Below, in pieces: positions 39,531-53,540 of a DNA stretch of 64,000 nt; position 1 is the first letter of the stretch; every line of letters begins with the position of its first letter. This DNA is from Octopus bimaculoides (lineage: Eukaryota): the NCBI RefSeq assembly GCF_001194135.2, contig NC_068994.1, forward strand, positions 36,495,767-36,559,766, in the 5' to 3' direction. A program made the translations under genes and the position numbers. The notes under the pieces are model-generated. The model saw nothing but the letters and a program-made list of their open reading frames with translations, had not been told where the DNA came from and made no database searches.

Positions 39531-42500
39531 AGTCATAAAAAGCTGTTGTCAAAACAAGTTTGTCATGCTTCTTTTCTAGTTATACAAGTGCTCCCTTGGA
39601 AGAAAAGATGTTTTTAATAACTGTAAAGAATTTTGATTGGGATTTCCAAAGAGATATCTTAAGAAAACTATGCTAATCTAATATGCTTTAATTTAGCTGC
39701 CTCACGATTATCCATTAAACCACATACAAATGAAATCCAGTGTAGACCTCTAAAGTTTATTTATGTAGCAAAATATTAATATTTCATTTCTATGTTAATT
39801 GGTATATGACATACCTTTGAGTTCAAAATCTACATCTGTAACAATACAAATCAGTATTAGAAAGTATCTATAGGAAAACTGCTGTTTGACTGGCAAACTA
39901 TCAATAATCTGTTCCCCAGTATATACCACTGAACTGTTTACCTACTACTCTTCTCATCTTACTTGCCTTAATCTCCACCCACTTCAATACCTTTATCTGC
40001 CATTTTCTTGTCCTCCTATTAAGCATCTTAACTTTTCTCTCTAGAACTTCGTTGTGTGTGGTTTCATCCCCTGGCCAAATAATGCAAAGTGTAAGAATCT
40101 GAATGCTAACCTCCCACAGAACTTTTTTAACTCCAGAGGTGATAATGAACTTTTGGCTTCTGTCCTTCTCCTCCAGACAATTCAATAGAAATCCTGGAAA
40201 CTAAAGAGCTAATTATATCTCCCTGGTTGATGTAAAATGTGAAGAAGACAAATGCTTCAGATAATATATAAATTCTAATACTTAGTTTCTGTTGCAATAA
40301 TGATAGAGAGATTAACATATTTTAGTGGATGAGGGAGTTAAATGGATTCCCACTAACTTCAATTCATTCCTCTGTTTAGTCAACTTAAACTTTGCTTAAT
40401 GTTTATCATGCTAATATTTCATATTATTCTTTTAAAGACATTAACAACTAATCATTTGAATGTTACATGTCCTTGTAAGACAATGGCTATCTCTGCTTCA
40501 TTGATATGCATCTTTATCATTGTGTTGATCATCTTCATTCCCCCTGCTTATGCCTTCATGTGAAGTGTAAATGTATTTTGTTTGACAGTTTGTTTTCTTT
40601 TAAATATCAAAATGTTATTTTCAACATCAGTTAGGGTGACATGATCAGTCCAGTATACTGATCATACCATCACATCACTCTAAAAGGAATGGTATAATTC
40701 TGAGACATTTACCATACTTCAAGTACTAGAGATGATGAATTCACTAATTCTAGAGTGTGTTCCTTCCGGCATTTGTCAAAGAGTTTTTAGATTAGCTTCT
40801 TCCTGAGATTGATTGTCATCTTCAAGATTTGAAGGCCTTTTTTTTTTTTTTTCTTAAGAAGGGTAATTGTAAACATGAATAAGAATTATAGCTGGTAGAA
40901 TGACATAGCAAGACAATACAATGAAGAAGAAAAAACATTAATAAAAATGGCTGAGTGGCATCAAGGAAGCTGGACAGATATTGAGTTTTAGAATTACATA
41001 AAATGTAGTTATGCATCATGTTGTCCAGAATGAAACAGATGGTTTGTAATTAATTTTGTAGTATCTTCAATTTTAGTTACACGTATACCAAACAAAAATT
41101 TGACTAAAAGATCCGTATCTTCAAATTAATATTGAAGACAACTTTGGGTATAATAAATTGCCTATAAATAATACTAATAATATAGTATGTACATGTAACT
41201 GTTAGGAAAAATTTTAAGTTGGAAGATGTGCAAATTATTAACTTTCTCCCTACTTCAGTATGAAAGTAAATCTTTAGTAATATAAGCAAGTTAAACTAAT
41301 TCTCTAAAATATATGTTTATTAACAACACAAAGAAATAATATATACTATATTCAATATCTTTTTATTTTCCACTTAGTGTTTTGAAAGATTTTCAATGAA
41401 AGTCAGAATGCAAATAATTCCAGAGGGTATTTGCATTAAGCTTCCTTGTTTTTTTTTCCCGTTTTTTTTTCTCCAATTTTTGAAATATATGTTATTGTTT
41501 ATTAACAGGAGTCTTTTCATTCAATTTTACCATTAGAAAGAAATTTGTATTTTTTCTTTCAGAAATGTGAACTAAATTTTATGTTAATTTTACACTTAGA
41601 ACAAAAGTTGTAATGAATGTATCATTTTTTTTTTTACATTTTAAGATATACACAATGATGACACCCTAACTAAACAATTTCTATTGCGCTCATTAATAAT
41701 GAAAATATAGTTTTTATATGTCACTAATCAAATAAGAAAAAATATTATTTTTGCTTTCACTCATACTTAATTATTAATACATCCTTACAAAACAGTTACC
41801 TGAAGGCATAAAGTATTGCAATTAGAGAATACAATTAATTTTCTATTTCTAACAAATCTTTTAAATGGCTTCTAATGGCTAACCTTCTTTTCCTTGTCAT
41901 GAAAAAAGTTTTTTCAGATATTTTATAGCAATTATAAAACAATAGATGGACAAAAAGCAAATATTTATTTTATGACTAATCACTACTATTTTTTGAGATT
42001 ATTTATTATTGACAACAAATTTTTATTCAAATGGGTTGTTTTGCTCTCCTCTAATACTTTTAATTTGCTATCTGAATTGAATTGGAAAACAGATTGAATA
42101 GTAGTGTAATAACATACATAATAAATTTATTTCATAATTTGATTTGAGTATAAAGTGTTTTTAGAAAGAAAATCTATTTAATTATTTATTTTCCAACTGC
42201 AGCAATGGCAAACCTAACCTTGAAATTTTAAAATACTATTTAATAGCTATGTGCATATATTGCTTGAAGCATGAAGTAATTTTTAACAAAATTTTCCTTT
42301 TTGATTATGAAATTTTGTCATAAAGTTGAAATGAAAAATGTCACACAAATTCATTCTCATAATTAATTTTCATTACTACATTTATTAATCCTGAATATTA
42401 TTTTTTTTTAAATACCAATTTATATAACCAAATATTTCAACTAGATAGTATAAAACATTTTTATAAATTTTGATTAGAAGGTTTAAAAGGAATACACACA

Positions 42501-42621
42501 AAATTCATCTTCATCAGAAGAGCCATTTTTAACAGATTAGAAAATAAGTAACTTGTTTATTTCCATTATTGCCACAAACTCAGAAATATGATCAACAAAT
42601 CTTTAGATGTAAAAGTAACAC

Positions 42622-42657
<36 letters not shown>

Positions 42658-42706
42658 GTTCATCTGTCTGTCTGTCTGTCTGCCTGCATCCTACTCTCTC
42701 TATATA

Positions 42707-43977
42707 CAGGGGTTGGACAAAATAATGGAAACACCTAGCATCATAGCATCATAATTTTGAAATATCTATAAAACCGTCAAAAGCTTGGTTATTTTTGTTT
42801 TTTGATTTATTATTTGTGTTGCTTAATATATTTTGCTAAAATTGCTGTTTCTTTTCAGATATCATCAGAAAAATGTAATTAAAATTCATTAAAATGACAG
42901 ATCTATTGAACTTTCAAAGAGGTCAAATTGTTAGTGCTCGTATAGCAGGCGGTAGCGTAACAAAAACAGCCAAAATGTTTGGTGTATCAAGAGGTACTGT
43001 CTTGAAAGTAATGACAGCGATTGAGAAAGAGGAAAAAAAACCTCCTCGTCGAAACAAAACTCTGGAAGAAAACCAAAACTTTCAGAGAGGGACTGTCAGA
43101 CTCTTACGTGAATTGTTAGAAAGGATCACAAAAGTACAGCTCCCAAAATTACTGCTGAGCTTAATGACCACCTTGAGAACCCAGTTTCCACAAAATTTGT
43201 TTGCTGGGAGTAACACAAAGCCGGATTTCATGGGAGGGCTGCGATCAGAAAACTGCTACTTTCAAAAACAAACGTTGCAAAATGTTTAGAGTGGAGTAAA
43301 AACCTACAGAATTGGTCCCTAGAGCAGTGGAAGAATATTATTTTCTCAAACAAATCATCCTTTACCCTATTTCCGACCACTGGCTGAGTATACGTGTGGA
43401 GACAGCCAAAAGAAGCATTTGATCCAGACTGCCTTTTTCCAACTGTTAAACATAGAGGAGGATCTGTAATGATTTAGGGAGCTATATCTTGGAAATTCGC
43501 CAGCCCAATAGTTTTTCTTCATGGCAGAATTAATAGTCAAGACTATTTAAGCATTTTATCTGATCAAGTTCATCTTAAGGTTACAGAACTGTTTAGAGGG
43601 AAACGCAATCTTTCAAGATGATAATGCACCAATTCACACAGCTAAAGTTGTTACTGAATGGCACGAGGAACATTCTAGTGAAGTTGAACATCTTATCTGG
43701 CCACCACAGTCCCCAGATCTCAATATTATTGAACATTTATGATGCATTTTAGAAAAACAAGTAAGAAGTCAATATCTTCCACCATCGTCACTACAAGAAC
43801 TGGAGACTGTTTTAGCTAAAGAATGGACAAAAATTCCTTTGGAAACAATTCAAACTTTGTACGAGTCCATACCTCATAGAATTCAAGCTGTAATATCTTC
43901 CAAAGGCAGTCCTACCTGATATTAAAATTAATTTGTTTGAAATTTTAAGGTGTTTCCATTATTTTGTCCAGCCCCTG
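42707..43977 (+). mobile_element. Full-length but inactivated Tc1-like transposon with DD36E spacing
   Basis: 30-bp TIRs CAGGGGTTGGACAAAATAATGGAAACACCT / AGGTGTTTCCATTATTTTGTCCAGCCCCTG (1 mismatch); TA on the left, TG on the right. Transposase is traceable from ATG 42894 to about 43925 through two frameshifts and several stops. Confidence 0.95.
42894..43925 (+). pseudogene. Tc1-like transposase pseudogene
   Basis: MTDLLNFQRGQIVSARIAG...NSGRKPKLSERD...IIFSNKSSF (first catalytic D changed to N)...TVKHRGGSVMI*G...FQDDNAPIHTAKVVTEWHEEHSSEVEHLIWPPQSPDLNIIEHL*. Confidence 0.92.
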
Positions 43978-45352
43978 TGTATATTTGATGCTGTTGGTAG
44001 AGATTTAGTGTACTGGGTGAAATAATTCTTATTGTTATGCTCCAGTTTTAGAATATCAAACCATAATGAGTTGTTGGTTCTTAAAGTATGAAGATCAGTA
44101 ACATCATTATTGATATTCTAATGAAGATTATGCTGATTAATAATGCTGTCAATGTTTTTAAAAGCATATGTATAATTTTATATAACAAGGTCTATCAAAT
44201 ATCTAAGGAATATAAAAAGTAAGATTGAAACTTATAGAACTACCAAATCTTTAGACAAATTTTAATGTTGTTAGAATTTTACATATGTGTAATTCTTCTG
44301 CACTGGAAATCTTTTATTGTTCAGTAAATATCTAATTTTAAATCAAATGATTTGTATTTAAATGTGTAAGCTTTCTACTTTTGTTGGGTGAAAATTAGTT
44401 TTTAAGGAAATCAAATTTGTTGTTATTTTTCATCTTTGTTGTCATTAAACATTAATCTAATAATGATAAGTTATAACTTCCATCATTTCATACAGTTCAC
44501 AACTTCAATTTTAGCTATTAAAGTATTACATTTATATCAAAAAAAAAAAAAAAATCCCATTGTGTGCTGCATATGGTGGGTATTAGTGAGTAAAATACTT
44601 TGTCTCTTAACAAAAACAAATAGAATGAAAGAAAGAAAAGTAAACAAGATATTTGAAAGTTTAAAAAAAATATTTTCTTCCAAATTCTTAGTTTACTCAT
44701 TAGTTAAATATTTTCTCTAACTAATCCCAGTTGAAGTAATGAATATAGAAATAAGTAATTAAATGTTTAACAACAGTGGACTGCACTGTTACTTAATGAA
44801 TATAGCTTGTTCAAAAATTGAATAAATTGGTTTGCTGTAAAGCAGTGGTTCTCAAGGTCCTTGAAGATTTGGTGGTGGCGGTGGTGGTGGGGATCCATAC
44901 ATAAGGAAAGGCTGTACATTTCGGTAGAAACTGATCACTGCCTGGCAAAGGATACTGGTCAAGTGTTGAACTTTACACTTTCCTCAGAGCAAATCAATTC
45001 ATTCTACTTATTGAAGATTAGAAAATGTAGTTTTACATGACTTAAACCAGCAATTTTAGAAATGTTTGTTTTACAAAAATTGGATCTACATAGATTTTCA
45101 TAATTCAATCAAATTTCAATCAAAATGCCTTTCAAATACAAATAAAAAGATTTTGCCGAGTCTCTCAGTTTTCTACAGCTTTTCATAAAATCTACTTTGG
45201 TGTTAATCATTTAAATTTGAATTCTTTGAAAATAATATCTAACCTTTCTAATCAATAAACAAATTCTCAGAACACAGGTTAAGTACTTCCAGGAAAACAT
45301 ATCAAAGTTTGTTTCAAACTAAACTTCTAAGTGAGAGTATGGTATCAAAGTG

Positions 45353-46595
45353 AGAGGTGGTATCAAAAAATTCCCAGTCTAGTTCTGCTGTGCACTAACT
45401 GATGGCAGCACATGATTGTATGCACAGTGAGAGCTAGCAATGACCTTCATGAAGCAGTGTGCTGAGTGACATTGCTGTGTTTACTCCACAAATTGTGAAA
45501 GTTGTGTTTTTGTGATCACATGTATGCTGTAGCCTGTGATTTTGTCATGGACAGAAAATTGGAACAAAAAGCCAATGTGAAATTTTTCATTAAACTTGGA
45601 AAGTCTGCTGCAGAGACATTGAGCATGCTTTGGCAAGCTTACAACAACAAGGCAGTGGGTCGTACACTGGTGCTTAAAAAGCAGAAGAAAATCCCTGGAA
45701 TACAATGGGTGCTCTGGAAGACCTGCCATGATCGTCATCGCTGGAAATGTGAAGAAAATTCATCATGAAAATCGTCGGAGGACAATCAACAACATTGCTG
45801 ATGCTGTTGGTCTATCATATGGGTTTGTATAGGTAATCCTAACTGCGAAGTTTGTCCCCCCCATCTGCTGGCCACTTAGCAGAAAGAACATCACATTGAA
45901 GCCTGTCAAGATCTCTGTCAGCATGCCACTTATGACCCATCCTTCATGTCAAGGATCATCACTGGTAATATGAGTTGGGTCTATGGGTACGACCCTGAGA
46001 TGAAGTAGCAGTTGTCACAATGGAAGAGCCCTTCATCTCCACTGCTGAAGAAGGCACGACAGAGCCACAGCTCAATCAAGAGATACTCATCGTTTTTTGT
46101 GACATCTGTGGTATTGTGCATTGAGAATTCGACCCCATGGCCAGACCATCAACTGAGAGTTCTACTGCAATGTTTTGAAGCATTTAAGGGCGGACATTTG
46201 ATGAAAGTGACCAGATCTGTGGAGCACAAAGAATTGGATTCTTCACAATGACAATGCACCCTGTCATCAAGCTCTCTTCACTTGTGAGTTTCTCACAAAA
46301 ACAACATGGTATTTCTTCCACACCTGCCCTTTTCATCAGATTTAGCACCAGTGGACTTCCATCTCTTCCCCAAGATGAAAATGCAATTCAAAGGTTGCCA
46401 TTTTAACACTGTTGATGAGATCAAGAGCAAATTGCAGAAGGTCTTCAACTGGCTTATGGCAAATGACTTCCAGGCTGGATTCCAAAAGTGGCAGGAATGC
46501 TGGGACTCGTGTATTACTACACAAGCGACTACTTTGAAGGAAATGATACTAAAACTTAAACATAACTAATCTGGGAACTTTTTGATATTACCTCG
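45353..46595 (+). mobile_element. Degenerate near-full-length DD34D mariner (irritans-like, tentative)
   Basis: TIRs (A)GAGGTGGTATCAAAAAATTCCCAG / CTGGGAACTTTTTGATATTACCTCG followed by TA. Fragments: MDRKLEQKANVKFFIKLGKSAAETL, WVYGYDPE, QWKSPSSP, WILHNDNAPCH, FSSDLAPVDFHLFPKMK. 34 residues between the Asps after correcting one frameshift. Confidence 0.92.
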
Positions 46596-46683
46596 TATAT
46601 AGAGGCTGAAAAGAATGAGAGTGTTCATAGTAAAATTGTACTGGAAATAGTGTTTCAGGAATTAATAAAATTATTATACTTAT

Positions 46684-47092
46684 AGGTGCATGCATAGCTG
46701 TATGGTAAGAAGTTTGCTTCTCAACTGCTTGGTTCAGGGTTCAATCCCTTAGACAAGTGTCTTCTACTATAACCCTTGCCTGCCCAAAGCCTTGTGAGTG
46801 GATGTGATAGATGGAAACTGAAAGAAGCCTTTCAACTATATATATTTATAAATACATGTCTGTGTTCTTATGTTGGTATTTGTACCCCACCACTGCTTGT
46901 GAACTTGTGTTAGTTTGTTTACATCCCCATAACTTAGCAATTCAGCAAAAGAGACTGATAGCATAGGTGTCAGACTTGAAAAAAAAAAAAAAGACACAAA
47001 AAAACTACTACTGAGGTTAATTAATTTGACTAAATACTTTAAGGGACTACCCCAGCATGACTGCAGTCCAGGGACTGAGACAAATAAAAGAT
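46684..47092 (+). mobile_element. tRNA-derived SINE, family A
   Basis: tRNA-like head (GGTTCAATCCC) and AAAGCCTTGTGAGTGGATG body. Reverse complement of 11190-11573. Confidence 0.7.
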
Positions 47093-47430
47093 ATGAATTA
47101 ATAGAAGCACTGCACAATGGTAAATCACATAATGTTTTCTTTCTTAATGTATCCATTTTATCACCAGTTGCTATGTAATGTGAATTAAACACACCAATTT
47201 AGTTTTGTCTGAATGTGTGTATACATTATAAAACAAAAAAGCTGCTATTTTCTCCATCACCTGGAATGAGCAACAAACCTTTGATGAATCTTTAACAGTA
47301 ACTGAAGCTTACCCAACATGACTTGTTTTGCTGGCCACATACAGGAAAAGTGGCAGTTTAACCAAGGCGCCAGACTAAAAGTCTATAAAAAAAAATTGAA
47401 GTTTACCATAATTTCTACTTGCATGCACGT

Positions 47431-47471
<41 letters not shown>

Positions 47472-47498
47472 ATCTCTCTCTCTCTCTCTGTCTCACTC

Positions 47499-47539
<41 letters not shown>

Positions 47540-47676
47540 TTCAGTCATCATTTTATCAAAAATATTTCTGCTGAAATATGTCAAATACTATATGTAGCTT
47601 GTGCCCTGCTCTGTTCCTCACAAGCATTACTTGAAGGAATATTATATATGTGTCTGTGTTTGTCTCCCCTCCCCAA

Positions 47677-47815
47677 CTACATGACAACTGTTGTTGGCTT
47701 ATTTACATTCCTGTAACTTAGTGGTTCAGCATAAGTACCAGACTTAAAAAAAGAAATAAAAGAATATAAGTACTGGGGCTTGGTTTGACTAAACAACTCA
47801 AGTGGTGCCCTCACT
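47677..47815 (+). mobile_element. Family A SINE 3' fragment
   Basis: GACAACTGTTGTTGGCTTATTTACATTCCTGTAACTTAGTGGTTCAGC...AAGTACTGGGG matches the family A body. Confidence 0.55.
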
Positions 47816-48646
47816 TTGCTACTATCCAATGACTGAAATAAGTTAAAGATATATGTTGTTACAAATGCTCCATACTCATATTTCTCTATTGCTGTTAATA
47901 CTATTATTATCACAGTACTGTGACATAGATACATATAGTAATTTTTGCATTGAAATCATTATTATTCATTTATTCTTTCATTCATTTAATATCCGTTTTT
48001 TGTATTCATGCTAGAATGGATTGGAAAGAAATATGTGAGGAAACATTTTATGGCCAAATGGCTTTCCTGTAGCCAATCTTACCCTTTTTTTTTTTCAAGT
48101 AAGGGATCTTTTTATTTCACTGATTTTCAAAAATGCAGAGCAGTGAGTTATGTGACATATATCAACAATGAATTATTTTTAAATTTCAAACCACTTCACA
48201 CAAAAGGTATCAAGCAAAGCTGTAGAATGCTAACACATCCACACACATCTATAAAAATTATGAACTTACATCCAGTTTCCTTCTACCAATTTTATGCCAA
48301 GGTATTGGCTGGCTGGTGGCTATAATAGAAGATTCAGCCCTAGATACAGCACAGTGAGACTGGACCTGAAACCATCCTATTTTAACCATTCAATTATGTC
48401 TGTAATTATATCTTAGTAATAATATGGATTAAGGATGAAGCTCTGCATATTATATTAATTTTATCATTTTGTCGATATTTTTTTATCATTGTTTAAGTGA
48501 GTCCATCTTATTTCTATGACCAACAATCTAGTGTTATGGTTAGCACTTAAATTTTAAAAGAAAGTTTTCCCAAGTGTATTTGTCTACCCATTTATGTATT
48601 AAAATATATCTGCCATTTCAGAGTTTTACTACTTTTTTCACAAAGA

Positions 48647-48677
<31 letters not shown>

Positions 48678-50684
48678 TGAGAGAGAGAGAGAGAGGGGGT
48701 GGAGAGGGAGTAAAAGTTGAGTTTGTTGCGTTACTAATTTTGAGACTTGGCAAAGAATATATAGAACTTGTCTACAAAATAATGTTTATATATGATCCAT
48801 TGTTTTCTGTTAGAGCAATCAAGTATGATTATTTTTTATATGTAGTTAAGCAAGATCACTTTCATGATCATATTTTTTAAAGGCTATTATTCTGCTCATA
48901 TTCTTTTGATTATCATCAGCCCATGTAATTAGGTATTTAATTTTCTCTGTAAATCTTCTCTTCTTTCAGTAACAAGCTTGAGAATGAATTTCTATGTTCA
49001 TTTGCTCTGAGCTCCATGTAATAAAGCTTCAAGTTTTTGTATTCATAAAGCTAAGGCCAGTGATATGGTGAATACTTAATAAATACTGAATTAATCTGAG
49101 ATGTTGACTTTGGTCTTCGTTTAGTGCTATAATACATTGACTAACTAATCATAAGATGCCTTTCACCAATGTTTAGCTTTTTTCTAAAAAGATTTTCAGA
49201 TTTGAGCATGTTGAAACAGATTGTCTCTCATACAGAAAAAAAAAAAAGAAAAACAAGTTACATATATATGGTATAAAATAATGAAGGGATATTTTGTTAG
49301 TGGTCTCTTGTTTTAAGTAAAGGCATTGTGTTATCTGAGATTAATGGGTTTTTTTTTCTCTCTAAGAATCTCAGAAAGCATGACATGTTTCTCAGCTTAC
49401 ACTCTATTGATAGTCATGCATGTATATATTGTTGTGATCTATATCGCTGTCCCTTTAATCAGATCAATATAGATTAGTTTCTTTCCACTGATAATTCAGG
49501 CTGTGCATCCTCTCAGGAACACTTCTAATGTTTTCTGTTTTTATTGTCACAATGCTAGCACCAACCTTATTAACTTTATATATACATATATATTTCTTTC
49601 TTATTGATATCATGATTTGTCTTCACCATCTGACATGCAATCTTCTCACATTCCATCCTGCTTACACCATATTTAGAATATTCATGCTGGAACTACAACC
49701 ATTCTTGCCAATTATATATGCTTTCTAGACTTCTAGCTATTTTACTAAGCATGATGAGATAAGAAGTATTTTATTCTATTCTCTAAACATGATGAAAAGT
49801 ACTCTATTCAGTAACCCTTCTTGAACAAAACTCTGGCTGAGGAATACTTTTATAGCCTAAAACAGCAAGACGGTGGCTGTGTTTGATATATAGAAAAATG
49901 TAGGCTTGCGTTCAATAACAGATACACAATGGAATCAGTGAATGTACTGTATATTTAGTAGTTTTTTTTATGTAGGCTTACTGTGAATGAACACCTCAAC
50001 TTATAGAGATACAGAGAAGCCTATGAAATAAACACCTGAAAGACTAAAAAATGTTAATAAATGTTGGAATTTATTATTGTAAGAAGAGGAGCAAATATGT
50101 TAAGATTTTAAATATAAGGTAGAGGTAATTTTATTATATATCCAACCATTCTCTATATAAAAGAGTGACTGGTTTATATTTAGTTCCAGATCAGCCTGGA
50201 ACATGCATATATATGATTTAAAGGCATTCCAGCTGTGACTATTTCACTTTTCTTGTATATATTGGATTACAATTACCAATGTCTCCTTATATTTTAAAAT
50301 GGTATGGCATGATTTAATGGATTTATGGCTACTATTTCTAGCAGGTCAAATGATTTTGAAGAGGCTCCCTCATTAGTTTTAGTGGCATGGTATGGATATT
50401 AGAAGTGCAGTACCATTAAGCATTAAGACATAGGCAAAAATAGCTGCATAACCTTCCATTTTTTAATGGAATACTTTTGAGTGATACAATCTGATATATA
50501 TATATATATATATATTATTTTATTAGATGGATGTAAGTTCATCCTTTAATTGGAATTATTTCCAAAGTTTTCTAATGTCTTTTCTTCATACTTTACTTTT
50601 GAATTATCTTATATAAATTTGTATAGGTATGAAAGCTTGTTAATTACTGATTATTTACACACACACACACACACACACATATAT

Positions 50685-50835
50685 AATACAAATAATAAAT
50701 GAGTATATGCATATATACGTACATGTATGTACATACCTACATGTACATGTATATATAGATGCATATCTGGATACAGGACGTTGCAAAAAAACGTGGACAA
50801 AATGATAAACAGAGTACAGAAAACACACAGGCCAC
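50685..50835 (+). repeat. Dispersed repeat family D, possibly the end of a Penelope-like element
   Basis: Reverse complement of about 56920-57085 (GCATATCTGG(A/G)TACAGGAC...CAGAGTACAGAAAACACACA(G/A)GCCAC). Confidence 0.65.
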
Positions 50836-53540
50836 ACACACACACACACACATATATATATNNNNNNNNNNNNNNNNNNNNNNNNNNNNNNNNNNNNNNN
50901 NNNNNNNTATATATATATATGCACACACACACACACACCTTTCATTCTATCTTTCTTTTAATCTTCTCATCTCTATACTTTCCTTTCCATTCCTATAGAA
51001 CATTATTTTCCATCGCATTACTTATACACATGCCTATGTAACTATTATAATACACATATAAAAGCACACACACACACACACACAAATGTTTATATAGATG
51101 CATGTATAAGCGTGTATATTTTACATAGTTAAGCATTTTTAGCTTAGAATGCACAAAACATTTTCTGAATTTTAGTTAACCTTACTAGATTTCTAAAACC
51201 AGTCAATGAAACCAATATTTGGTGACTGAGTTGAGAGTGCTCAGGAATTAACAGGCTAATTCTCTTGGTGTTGAATGATAGTCAATAAAATATTCAATAG
51301 ATTATATTACAACCCGAATTATATTGAATATAAACTTTGTGGCAAATAGACACTATGAAATACTCTCTTAATTATAAATTATTTACTTCATCCCATTTTG
51401 TTGACAGTAAACAATAACATTGACAATTTATTTTGAATAATTGTTATATAGAAATAATCATGTTGTAAAGTTATAGTTATTATTATTATCATTTTTAATA
51501 TAAAATCAACATAAAACTGAGTCAATTAATCTTAAGTTCAGATTTCGTTGAATGCAAAAATAAAGATAATAAAAAATTGTAATAACAAAAATTATAATGA
51601 CATTTATGGACTATGAATTTTTGTCTTTTGAGAGAAAACAAAAAGAAAGCGGTTTAGATAAGAAAATTTTTTAGAAAATAGTTACAATATTGATATAAAT
51701 ACTGATCAATAATCATAGATAAAACATTATATGACCATAAGATTCTTCGTGAGGCCTTTAGGTTAGAGGATCATATTCTTTGAAAGACAGTTTTAAAATA
51801 TTAGAATAATAAAAAGATTATGATTTCTTTTTCTTTTTTTGAGAATATCACATTAAAATGCTAAATTTTTCATTATTGCTGTCCCCCATTTCATTTTTTT
51901 CCCCACATTGTAATAATTCATTTTGTTTCAAAAGAAAAGTGACCATCATGTCAATTCTAAAATTAGTTTAAAGAGGTGAAGCAAGATTACATTGAAATTC
52001 TTAAAATATGCTTTAAATTAATACATAAATATTGATAATTTGTACTTTAAGAAATCAAACAATTCAAATTGGATAAAACTAAAAAAGTATCTTAAGGCTT
52101 ACTAAAAAAAATAGAATTAAAGAATTAAATTAAGCTATATAGTCACAGTTATTCTTACAGTTAATTTCTTTCTTTCCAAGTTTATGAATAAAAAGAAAAG
52201 CCATTTTAATTTGTCAAATGAATTTCTGATCAAAATGAATGAACCTTTTCTTTTAAAAATCAAAACTTTTTCAATTGTAATTATATTTTCAGATTTAACT
52301 ATTAATTGATACTTGAAAAGATACAATTCATTTAATTGATATAGCACTTAACAACTGTTATATGTTACAATTATAAATAAAGAGAAAGGAAAAAGAAATA
52401 TATATAAAATTTTCTTTTCTTATATCTATTTTTATTGCTATTATTGCTTTTTTTTGAAATTTTAGATGATTTTATGGTGCCATGTAACTAATTGTGAAAT
52501 TAAATTGTTCATGTAGAAAATGACAAGAACAATACTTTTAGAGAATGATTACATTTTGAAATCATTAAACTATATTCTATAAAAGAACATCATTATTGTT
52601 TCCAGAAACAATAAAAAGTAAAAAGAATGACTGTTAAAATTTTTTGCATTCATAAGGGATATCTAAAAGTAAACAGTAACTATTAATCTATAGAATTAAA
52701 CAAAAATAATTAGATCTTTAATTTTCTTAGGTAATGATGTGAGACTAAACTTAGTATATACGAAACTGAAGCATATAAAGAAATCCTTAATTTGTCAAAT
52801 TAATTAAAGGCTTTTATTTCTGATGTCATTATGTCATGATTTGAACCTCATTTAAATTTTTTGTTCCTGAAGGATGTTTTAAGACTGTTGCTGATTTGTG
52901 TTCTACTGATTCTTTCTCAAAATTCTAGAGTCATATTTTTGGCACACTTATTTTAAATAATTGAGAAGTAGTGCATTAATTTTGTCATGGAACAAAAACA
53001 TTACTCCTCATGCCTCTTGGACTCAAAGAACAACTATAGCAACAGCTGCAGCTGGTATAACCAGCTGTATAACTTCCTAAAATGTGAGGCCTTGTGCCTC
53101 TAGCAGAAACCAATACAGTTTTTTACAATTTGTTATGGCTCATTGATCGTGTTTGATTCGTATAATGTTAAGTTATTAAACCGTTTAAGTTACAGCAGAA
53201 CAAATTTTTCATATTCCATCTCTGAATATACAAATCAACTTTTGGTCATTATATGAATGCAACATTTTTATTGAAATATGGTTTCTGTAATCATGTATTA
53301 CCTCTTTGTTCATAATTTTTCATGATTAAGTTATATATTTGTTTGTGTATTAGTGATAAATTATTTCCCTTGTATTTTATCAAGACATTATTTTTTTATT
53401 TTTTATTTGTATGTCTGTGACCTTTTGCCAGTCTCTCTAAAAATAAATATATCAAACTGAACTTATCAGATGTTTAATAGCATTGTTACATCCTTATTGT
53501 ATTAAATATATTTTACTAGATTTTTGAGATTTCACTAGTA

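Noticed and set aside
44840-44900. CAGTGGTTCTCAA, resembling a hAT MITE terminus
   Set aside because: No matching right TIR or TSD was found.
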